Position numbers and translations under genes: made by a program. The notes beneath the pieces are model-generated. The model was not told where the DNA came from, ran no database searches, and was given only the letters and a program-made list of their open reading frames with translations. From Gnetum montanum (taxonomy: Eukaryota > Plantae > Gnetophyta), in the NCBI GenBank assembly GCA_015680685.1, contig MNCI01000381.1:152676-216675 (forward strand): DNA of 64,000 nt, given 5' to 3'. Within the stretch, counting starts at the first letter, position 1, and every line of letters begins with the position of its first letter. Below are positions 14,401-26,400 of this stretch, one piece after another.

Positions 14401-17400
14401 CAGACTAAAGAGTTTTACCGGTACTACAAAGATAATACTCTGATTTAGTATTTTAGAGAAATGCACGTTACAATAGTTGATACAATTTTTAACTCATAGA
14501 ATGTTTGCAAATAGGTTATAAAAGATCACACAGTGATTTTGCACCTTGAATTGGTGATTTCTAGTTGTTTGGTTCTTCAAGTGTATCCTCTTTTACAGTA
14601 CAAGGTAGATCTTCAACATTTTTTAGCTACTAATTGCATGTTGATTCATAAAATAAAATAGATAAAAATTAATTTGAATTTCAGAAAACAAAGCAACAGA
14701 AACATTCAACATTGTTTTTCAAAACTTGAACCTCTCTTTAATTTTGTTTTTTTTCCTGATCATCTTTAAATCATATGCTACTTTTTAGCCAATTTGCCTT
14801 TAAATTTTATTTGTCAGTTCAATATCCAATTAATCTTCATTTTTTTTAAAATGGCGTTTGAACAATATGCACATCTGTTTAAATTGAAAATTATCATAAG
14901 TACTTGAAAACGGTGATTAGAAAACTCTTGGATACGGCCATCACAGTGCTTAGGTACTCCTTCCGAACAGACTTGCTAAGTTCCAACTGCTGTTTCTGAC
15001 CACCTTCATATTTTGTTGTTTCACAAAGCCACAAACAACTAATGTGCTAGTTCCTACTTGCTGCACCCATTTTACTGACTTCTGGTGGATGCTAAAATGC
15101 ATTTCGTTCTTGATTTTAGGTGACACTGCTGGGAAACTCTTGCTCATTTCTATCACTTCAATTGATTCATGTTTCTTATTTTAAAAGTGTAAAATGGTAT
15201 TTATTCATTTATTCAAGTTTCCATATTGAAACTCTTTCAATTTTAGGTTTTAATTGTTAAAGTTAAATTAGCATGGTATTGAACATATGACTTAATTTTA
15301 ATTATACGTTAGCGTGGGAACCTATAATCAATTAACGGAAACCTCAATCTTGTGAGGAAAACCAACAACATTTCGAGGGCTTCCCAGCAGTTTCTATTCA
15401 TCCTATGAGATCCTTGATGGTCTAGTTGCTCTTTTTCTCACTGCTGTATGGCTTCCTGTATCCTGTGAGGATCATGAATTTAAAAGTAGCTAACTTAGGT
15501 TCAAACTTAATGACAGGAGGTTACAGTTTCATCCTATATGCTCAGTATCGTTTTTTTTTGTTAGGGCAAGCTTAGGTTGATATGATACTTAATATCATTT
15601 TTTTGGCAAACTTCCTTGCATAATTCGTGAGTGCTTCTGCTACCAAAATAAAAATGGATTTGATATAAGCTTTCACACCCTAGATCATCTGACATGAATA
15701 TTGCTTTTTCTGCCATCATTAACATGACAAAGAAAGTAGTTGAGGAAACATGTTGCTGATTCATAAATCAGTTTTATTTAATGATGGTTAAATTTAGAAA
15801 GCAGAGTTCGTTGGTGAAAAACACCACAGTGGAGCACATGGATAGAAAGTTGACAACGTGTGTGAGAGAAAACATAGAGATAACGCTGCAGAAAAATCCT
15901 GCAGATAATGAAGGAAATTAAAAATGATAAATGGAACTGAACAATACAAAACAAAAAATAAGAAACATAAGATATATGAGGTAAAACCCTTAAGAACAAA
16001 GGGAAACATCCACAGGAGAAGCCTAATTCTTATTACTCAATTGATCCAAAGGAGGTGTTCACATACAATGACTAGGGATCCAACGATTAAATAGACAAAG
16101 CCATGTTACAGAGTAATCTAAGAACATTTAGATGTTATCCTTACAGAAGAAGGATTTCACCAATGTAGAACATTCCAGAGAATCATTTCTAAATTAAAAA
16201 TGGACCTCACAGAACCATTTAGAAAGTACCTATTAACTAACAATAGCTCATCCTTTACAAAAAGACCATATTCGTCAATTAAACAATAAGGCTACTAGTT
16301 TTAGCTTCACATTCATAACAGTCTTCCACTTGAAGATAAATCTTGCTTCTACACTGAGCAACTAATCTGCTCAATGAAGATGTTGTGGGCTCCATTCACA
16401 CAGGATCTCGCATCAGTGACATACTTGCCACTGTCATTATCAAGAAAACTTCCACACATGAATTGTCATAGACAGGAGCATGACAGAGAGAAAGCAATTA
16501 CACACTATAGTTATTCCAAAGCTTGGAAGCTCTCCACCATAACATTAAAGACACCTTGCAAAACTGAGATCTTGTGTCAACTTGAGGGTGCAAATAGACA
16601 ACAAACAAACAATCTTATGCTTTATGCAAGAGATATCCAAAACTACCTGGTTTTAAAGAATCCCTCTTCAGCGTCAATAGGTTTGCCTTTCTTCATGTGG
16701 TAAACATAAACCTAGACACAACCCAAAAAGACATTGCAAACTTAACATCTTTATTTACATGTTCAGGGAACATGCAAAACGGTTAGGAATTTAGCTACAC
16801 AGTTCTGGGGATACAACAAATCCATGACTCTCACTCAAACAAGGAACTCCAAAAAGAAAAAATAACAAAATCCAACAAATTAAAAGAAACACCTCAAAAT
16901 TTACTTTCTCAGATGTTTTTCTATTACCTTAAATTACACCATTTGCAACTTGAAATTTCTATAGCTTCCATTTTGGGATTTTTAGAATTTTTTTTTCTCT
17001 ACAAAACTGTACTTGTGCACATTTGAACCTTGCTTTTTGTGCACATTTGAACCTTGCTTCTACCTGCACAAAAAGACCTGCTATAGAGAAAATCAACAAG
17101 CCCTCCACCTCGCTCTGTTACCATTGTGTTAGTGCAAAACAACACAATGGAGCACATGGATGAGAGAGAGAGAGTACAAAGATAACACTAAAAAAAAATT
17201 ATCTTGAAGATAATGAACAAACTGCAAAATCGAAACTGAAACTAGAATTAGAACAACAGTTGATACAAAACGTAAAATAAGAAACACAAGATTCATGAAG
17301 TAAAAACGTCAAGAATAGAGGGATACCTCCATAGGAGAAGCCCAATTCTTATTACTCAATTGATTCATTGAGGTGTTCATATACAATGACTAGGGATCCA

Positions 17401-20400
17401 ACTTTTACATCTGCAGAGCCATGTTGCAAATTCTAATCTAGAAACATCTAGAAGTTATCTTTCTAGAAGGATCTCAATAGTGTAGAACATTCCAAAGAAT
17501 CACTTCTAAATAAAACATGGATCCATAGAACCATCTAGAAAGAGGTCATTAAGTAATGATAGTTCATCCTTTACAGACAGACCATATTTGTCAATTCAAC
17601 AGTAAATCTACAAGATTTAGCTTCACATTCATAATAGAATGTCTGAGAATGTTCTTCTTGATTTTTTATTTTGAAAAGAAATAAACATCCAGATCATGTC
17701 ATCAATTAAACAGGAAAGCCACTGAAACGAAGATCCATGAAGACATGGGAAAAAATGAGCAAAGATTTGAAGAGACTACAAATAAACTAGGATCTAGCTC
17801 TTCATAGAGGCGAATCCTGAAAAAGAACTCATGTAACTGACCTTATTTTGCTGGGACAAGGCTAGGATGATGATGATCATGTTATCATTAGCCTTACATA
17901 AACTAATAAGATCGTATGATTGTTATGTTGGCATTATGTAAAGCCATTTTTCTGTTCATCCACAAAATCAGATAGTATTAGGTTAAGCTTCCCCAATTTA
18001 GTACTCTAATCTGGACCATTGCACTGAGGAAATTGACCTCCCCGATATGACCTTAGGTTTTATGATAAATTCCACCAATTATCTTTGTTTTATGGAGGTC
18101 TAATTTCCACTGTTGATCTACTAAACCATTTGAATTTGGATAGAAAAATATGATAATTGTTTCCCTTGTTTCTAATGGTGCTTCTTTCCAACATAATTCA
18201 GGCTTAGCTCAATTAAAAGGACTGTAATGTGTTATGGGTATCTAATGGTAATGACATTTTATAACAGCTAGTAGATTTACAAAGAAAGGTACGTTCTCGT
18301 ATATGCGCTGAACACAGACTTCGGGAAGAGTGTTCAACTCCTGATAAGCATCTATTTGATTGGGGGCTCATGCGTTTGCAACGGAGTCTTCCTCTTTCTG
18401 GTTCAGCAGATCCAATAGCAGCAGAAGCTGATGAGCGCCAGCGCAAGAGAAGAGATGCTGAAGTAAATCTTTTCTATAGTTCTTTTTTTAAATAGAAATA
18501 TTTGTGAGTGTAGGGCATTTTTTTCCCACACACAATTGATTGCCTAACTAGTAATGAAAAATTTACTCTCAGAGGCAATCAAGGTTAGAAGAAGTGGAAA
18601 AAAATGTGATGGAGACAAGGAAAAGGAAATTCTTCAATGAACTGCTTAATGCTGCTAGGGAATTTCAGCTACATGGACAAGCTCTTATAAAACGTCGAAA
18701 ACAGCGTAATGATGGAGTCCAGGTTTTCATCTTCTTCATTCTTCTTGTTGTGAATTATTTTTAAAGTAAACTTTGCTTACTGTAATAATTAAAAGAAATT
18801 TTGGATTATTTCTAGAAGAGTATCAATGCTGTTGTAGCATTCAGGAATATCTTGTTCGGTTTTAGGCATGGCATGCTCGACAGAGGCAGCGGGCTACACG
18901 TGCAGAGAAGTTAAGATTCCAAGCTCTTAAAGCTGATGATCAGGAAGCTTATATGCGTCTGGTTGAGGAGAGCAAAAATGAACGTTTGAAAACTTTACTG
19001 GAAAAGACAAATGAACTTCTTGTGAACCTTGGTGCAGCTGTCCAGAAACAAAAGGATGCAGAACATGCTGATGGTGGGAATGTTGTTGAAGACGTAACAG
19101 CAACTGAGGTTCCTACAGATGGCATTGATGATGACTTAGATTGGGATTTAGCTTCCAATAAAAGTGATTTGTTGCAAGGGCAGCGACAATACAATTCTGT
19201 TGTCCATAAAATTCAGGAAACAGTAAGTCAAATTTCTGGTTGTTTTTCACAAGTATTTGTAACTACAGTAAATTCAGGAAGCTTTGATTTTATTTAAATT
19301 ACAGCATTTAAATGATTTTGAATGCTTGCGTATTTATTTATTTTGGCAATTTCTTCTATATTGCTGTCGGTGTGGATGGGTGTGGTATTGGAGGTGCGCT
19401 TGGGGGACAGCTTGGTTCTGGTGGCTTGGGTGGGGATAGTGGAGCAGGGTCATTGGCATAAGATGTGTTGTCACTAGGGGCAGACTCTTGGCGAGGAGCT
19501 GAGCAGAAGTCAGTTGGGGCCGAGACTAGGGGGGATGTAGCTGAAGGGGCTAAGGGTTCCTATGTTGTAGCGGCCAAACATGCTATTCTAGGATCTATGT
19601 CGTTTCATTGGCCGTTTCATCTCCATGGGTGCTAGGCTCAGCTTGGAAGTTGTCCGGTGTTGGGTTACTTCAACTTGGAAGATGGGGGGAGTGGAGGTTC
19701 GCCTGCTCTTTGGGGATTTATTTGTTTTTTTTCCTGACTTGGATGCTAGGGACTGGGTCCTGTTGGGGGGACCATGGTTCTTCAGGGCCTGGGGATTAGC
19801 TTTAACACTGTGGTAGGTAGGGGCGCATCATGAATCTAACCTATTCTTGCATGCTCCATTTTGGGTTCAGATTCTAGGTGTGCTGTGGGAGTTTTGGGGG
19901 TCAGAGTTTTTGCCCACTCTTGCTGGTTTTTTTGGTGAATTTATCACATTTGATAAATTTATCATGTCTATAGAGAGGATGAATTATGTTCATTTTTGTG
20001 TTTGGCGGCCTTTTTCATTGGAGGAGCTTGTCACAAAAATTAAACTTGAGCTTCCTGAGGGGGATGAGTTGCTTACTGTGCAATATGAAAATTTGAACAT
20101 GCAGCCTCCCTCGAAGAGGAACTCTGCTTAACCACAACATTGCCGATTGTAGTGTTAAAGGAAAAGGTCACGGTCAGGTGAAGTAGGGGGATAGAACTGG
20201 ATAGGGAGGGCTAGGTAATGTTGGATAGGCACAGAAGTAGACTGATCCAGTAACCTCAATGCCTTACATTGCACCGTCTTCTCTTTTTGTTCCATAGCGG
20301 TCTCCTAAATAGGGTGGGACTGTGGCTCCCTTGAATTGTTTCTCCCCATTACAAACCTTGAATGATATGGAGGATACGTCATCGTCAACGGGGGAGGGGT

Positions 20401-23400
20401 CTTCACCTTTTTGTCCATTGACTCTAATTGATTGGTCTCTTTCAAAAGGGGATCTTACAAGCCCGCCTTGGAACCTATTTTGTTGGTGACACAACAAGAG
20501 GAGGTTGTGTGTTTTGAAGTGTTGGCTAGTCCTAGGAAAATGGGATGCCCTTCTACTTCAGAGTTGAGGATCAAGAAAACCTAGCAAGAGATTGATTTGG
20601 GGACCCAGATGATCCTGAAAGGGGTTTACAATAAATGGTCCACCAATAAATCATGAATATCGTTTCCTGGAATTGCAAGGGACAACGTACCCTCTACAAA
20701 AGAAGTACCTTGAGGGAATTTTTTTGAGTAAAGTTTGAGATTTATTAACTTAAAAAAATGCTATATACAAGCAAGATCATCATGCCTATTTGGCACCCCC
20801 AAGCAGTAGAAGCATGCCATCAACTGGGCCTCATCCCCTAGACACCCCATCCCCCAAGGCCCACCCCTCGTGACATGTCCTCCCAAACTTGGCTTGAAAA
20901 ACAACTGGCCCACCCCTGCTAAAATAGACCTGTAAGTCCCAAGCCTTTGCACAAGGCAATAACCCCTAAGTTGCGCCCTACTATAAACAATCGAAATCAG
21001 ACCCCATGAAAGAAATTGCCCCCATCAATCAATATACATGCTAGACGACCTTGGACAATTGGTTGCCTCTTGCCTGAAGGTACTCAACCTACCATCCAAC
21101 GTGCTTGCTTTCCTGATTCGTCGTTTGCTGCGACTATGCTTTTGCGATCTGTTGCAGAGCTTCAGTGTCTAACTCTGCTCGGATCTGAATCCTCAGTTCT
21201 TCCCGCAACTTCTGCATAGTCGTCTCTTCCTGCCTTTTCCTACTCCTATCCACCTCGTTTTGCAACTTAGCCCTCTAGTGCTCTGCCATATCTATTGCTC
21301 ATTGTAGGTCAACCTCCTACACTGTCCACTGAGTTGTCCAAACCACCTTTTCCTCCACCCGTGCCCGCTCGGCTGCCTCCCTACTAGCCCTTCCAACTAG
21401 CGCCTCAATCTCTGCTGGAGTTATTGACACAATCTCTTCCCCTTTCCTCTACATCGCTTGTGAGGTGTTGGTGACCTCCTCCAAACCCTTACCCGTCTGT
21501 TGACCCTCCACTATTGCCAACACCTTTTCCCTCTTAGTATATCAAGTACATCGTTGCTCATACACCAATTGTGGCTCTAGTCTCGATTGCCGCAAGAGCA
21601 CAATTGTCCTCAATTGCCATAGGACAAGGATTAGACTAGGATGCCGACCTAGCCATTTACGCCTTAGCAAATCTAGAAGAACCGTGACATGTTTACCTTC
21701 AGCCCATGATTCAAGCATCTTAAGAAGGTGAAGTGAACTCCCAGCAGCTTGTGCAAGCTACCTGATTGTATGAGAAACCTGTTGATCAGCATTGCTGCGG
21801 CCTGCCATAGTGATGGCAACGTTGACTTGGGCACATGCCTGCTAGCAATCTTGGAGATCCCTCTCCGAAAAAATTCTCTGGCGTACCCTTGGCTATGAAC
21901 CACTAGTAGGATGATCTCCCCCTTCACTGGCACCCCAACGACTGTTGTGAGCCTTGACTCTGTCAGGAGAATCCGCTTCCCCTGAAATGAAGTTTCTTCT
22001 CCTTCCTAGTTTGCAAAGGAGTCATCCGCTAGACCTAGCTCTCCTTCAATTCGTGCTAGAATCTTAGCCCACCTAGCCCTTTCAATTAGCGGCCAAAGTT
22101 TAGCGTTATCCTTGAACTCACTCATTGTCGGTTCACAAAAATGCACCTGTCCCATACCCTGTGATGCTTTTGCCCATAGGCATACCCTAGCCATAGTAGC
22201 AGACGTTGGTGACAGCAGTCGTTATTGACGAATAATCAAATTATTTCTACATTTCCACCCCACCCATAGAACCATAGTCTCCTTGGAATCTTTGCTTGGT
22301 CTGAGCAGTGGCACCAGCTCAGTTGCCTGCCCAGTGTCTTTCATATAAGGGTAGTGGTAAATGAAATGATTGAGGGTTTGTGTCCGTTGCACACAAGGCA
22401 ATTGGGAGGAATATTTGCCCCCATGCCCTCAAAACCCCCCTCATCGGCAACACCCTATGCACTATCAGCCATGTAAAAGCCTTCAGCTTCTTGGGCAATT
22501 GCACTCTCCATATGGATGTCCATCTGGCCATCGACGGATGTATGGCTTTGACTATTTCTTTAGGAGGTTTGCTCAGAAGGCCTCTATCTTGCATGTCATT
22601 AACATGTGTGCAAAGATCTTGCCAGAGCTGCAACCCTCCTGTGTTTGCTTCCCACATTTGATACTTTTGCTGCAGCATCCTAAGCCACTACGCCTGTCTA
22701 TCCCCTTACCCCATCAATCTATTCACCAGCCTCTGCATTCCTAGCATAATCTAATCTTTGAAGTGTAGTAGTCCAATGCCACCAATGTTTCTTGGTCTTG
22801 TCGTCTTCTCCTAGCACACCAAATGAAGTTTGTCTCCTCCCTTACCCCCTAACTAGATAAAGTGTTGCATAATCTGGTTGATCTTTTAGATTACCCTTGC
22901 AGAGGGAAATGCCATGGAAGGGATGAACCTCACCACCACCATAAGGATGGTAGAGGCTAATAATATCTTTTCTTTCCTGGACAAAAACCTATTAGCCTAG
23001 TGTTCAGTCTTCTTTTGCACTTTTTGTACCAACGTTGTCCATGTCTTCTGACGATTCCATTCAAACATTAGCATCCCTAAATAGGTATTGTGAATAAGCC
23101 CTGACAAGACTCCTAGGACCTAAGAAATCCATCCTTTCACTTGCGCCGCTATGTTAATTAGATGGATTGTTGACTTTGCTTTGTTAATTTCAAGAGCAAC
23201 TTTATGTGCCATCTGATCCAGAGCCCTCTTAAGCATCGTTGCTTGAGGAACAACCGCCCACAAGAAAAGAATTATGTCATTCACGTAGTGCTTAGCAAGG
23301 CAGTGTACCTTAGCCACCTCCAATCCTCCCATTCCCTTCGACGCATAGTAGTGCTATAGCATGTCCATCACCATGATGAACAACAACAGGGATAGTGGAT

Positions 23401-26400
23401 TTCCTTGTTGTAGTCCCCTTTCCAGGGCTTGAAACCCCCATAATTTGCCGTCAATATCAAAGGAGTATCTTCTCGAGCATTGCAGATGCATGCAAAGATT
23501 GACAAATTCAAGCGTGAACCCTTTACATAACATGATCTCCAATAGGGCTTCCCAGCTTACTGTGTCATATGCCTTGGTTATATCCAACTTGATGCACATT
23601 TTGGGGAAACTAGTGCACTGGAGTGAATGCAAAATCTCCTGTAAAAGAATTACTTGATCTTGTAGGAAATGACCTTGCACAAAACCCGCCTGATTCTCCC
23701 CCACCAGCTTCGGCATCAATGGAGTAAGCTGTTGGACAAGCATCTTAGTAAAAAGCCTTAGAAGAGTATTACATACCCCAATAGGCTGAAAGTGCGTTGG
23801 TGAAGTGGGGTTGGGCACCTTCGGTATGAGAACAACTAGTGAGCAATTTATCTTCTTGCAAACTTGCTGCCACTGCAACATACTGTTGAATGTGTCCAAT
23901 AGGTTCCCCCTAATAATGTCCACAAATTCCCGAAAGAATTCTATGGGCCATCCATCAGGCCCTGACACCTTGTTTACCCTCATGAAACCCATCGCCATTT
24001 CTAGCTCGTCTTGTAAAAGGCCGTAGCAGCACCTGGTTCTCAACATTGCCAAGGACTATCTGGATTGGGATTGAGATCGGTCTTGTGTCTTTTCGCTACC
24101 AAATATCTACCCAGTACTACTGCACCGCATCCACCACCTGCTTGTCCCCTCCTAGCACCTCCCCTTCAAGCATAAGTTGCAGTTTTTTCTTCACTTTCCC
24201 AGGCCCCTTGGACGAGGCAAAGAAAAAACACGTATTTCGATCCCCCTCTTGCAGCCAGTTAATCCAAGCTTGTTATCTCTAGTAATTCTCCTCCTCCAAT
24301 GCCAAGTCCTGTAGCTTCCCTAGCAGTTTGCGTTCCTCCATTGGTAGATTAGCCTTGTTTGTATCTCCCCAAGACGTGCCTGCAGCTGAGTTTGGTAAGC
24401 TCTAAAGTTGTATTTATCCTTTGATGCTTTAGCTTGTATCCTTTGTTTGAGCAATCACAGTCCTTGTTTCAAAAATTCTCTTGGTTCCTAGGCTTTTGAA
24501 TATCCTTACCAGATGTCCTGAACTGTTGGTCTCAACCATGCCTTGCACATCCACATCTGCTCGAAACAGAAAGGTGTGGGGGCCCTTCCCTAGCTACTGC
24601 GGAGTGGGCAAACGATCAACTGGTGGTCCGAAGCTTGCCTTTCCTTTCCTAGCACTTGGATGTCGAAACCCATCACCATCCTCGTACGAATCCACATGTC
24701 ATCTATATGTGACTGGACCCAATCTTTGCCTCTCCTTTTGTTGCTCCATGTGAATTTGTAGCCCTCAATGCCCCTATCCAGCAGATCATGGTCTCTCAAG
24801 AAGGCAATGCATCCTAGAACCCCCCAAGGGATTCGTGTTGTCCCCTCCCGTTTTCTCCCACGGGTACAATTGTTGATTAAAGTCACCGATCAGGATCCAT
24901 CTTTCCTTGTTAGGGACCACTTGCGCTACCTGCCTTAGTTCTTGTAGTCACATCCCCCAATTTTGGGCCCCATAAACATTCGTCAGCCAAATGTGCTACT
25001 AAACCACATGAATCGTTTGACTGCAGTGGGAGTCATCAACCAGTGTTAATTGAAATTGGGAAATAATGGCCAATCCTCCAGCTCGGCCTCTACACGGAAC
25101 CACCTGCAAGTTCTAGCCATCCCATTGTAGAAATCTAGATTCTGATGCTTGGAGCTTTGTTTCTTACAAGCACACTACGTCACATCCTTGACTTTGTATA
25201 ATTGTTTTCAGGGTATTTTGTTTGTAGGGAGTACCCTGACCCCTACAATTCCAGGAGAGTATCTTCATGATCGGTCAGATGATCGTTTGTGGTAGACCTC
25301 CTTCAAGGTTGTATGGAATTCCAAATTGATGTCAAGTTGTGTTTGTTTCTCTTGGGCCACCAGTGTACTCGGCCACCTAGCTCTCCCACCTTAAGGTGAA
25401 ATTGTGATGGCCCCCCTCAAGAAATCTGTGCCCCCCTCAAGAAATCTGCGTGTTCTTGGTGGGGTGCAGTGATATCTTGCATCTGAGGTTGGGAAGAGCC
25501 CCTTGCAACAGAGACCCAACTCCCTAAAGCGATAGCTCACTATGAATCTCTGGGTCAACCATGGTCTTTGTGTTTTGTGTGCACGGGGTCTACATGGGTG
25601 AATCTCCACCTGATACCCCTTGATCCCAAGCCTTCGTGGCCTTAGCAATAGCATGCTTGTTTGTAATTTGAGACCAACCTACATCTTCTTGTTGTGTTGT
25701 TTGTTGTTTTCCTTTTGGTTTAGTCTTGGCTTGAACCCTACAAACTAGCAGGGGCATAGAAAAAAGTTTTGGAATGGTCTGGGTGGTAGACAACGTTTGT
25801 GGATTCTATTGGGAAGTCTGGTGGATTAGCCATTCTTTCTCGAGTTACTATGCAGTTGCTTGAATCTTCAAGATGGGGTATTTCAATTTTTTTAGCTTAC
25901 CAAAATCTTTGGGTGACTACCTTCTATGGACCATAGGATCTTGGAGCGTGCTTGATGGAACTACGTAGACTTGCTGTGAATATCCCGAATAAGTCAACTT
26001 GGATAATCATTGGTGACTTCAACTAGAGGATGCTTCCCTGGGAGAAGATCGATAGTGATTCTGCTCCCCCACTTGGCAGTCAGGAAGCCTTTGAATACCT
26101 CAAAGATTTTGATATGGTGGACTTGCAACTCATGGGTTGTCAATTTACTTGGAGTAATAGAAGGAAAGGTAAGGATTGTGTCATGTCTCGAATTGATAGG
26201 GTGTCATGTCTCGAATCGATAGGTTGTGGGTCAGCTTTGCTTTGCTGTTGAAGCAGGAGATACATGTGCAGGGGTTAGGAAGAAGGGCCTCTGATCACAG
26301 GCCTTTGCTCTACTCTTTCTGCAAGATTGGTTCTTTGGGACCTTGGCTGTTTAGCTTGGAAAGAGTGTGGCTGACCAAATCATGGCTGGTTGATTTGGTC

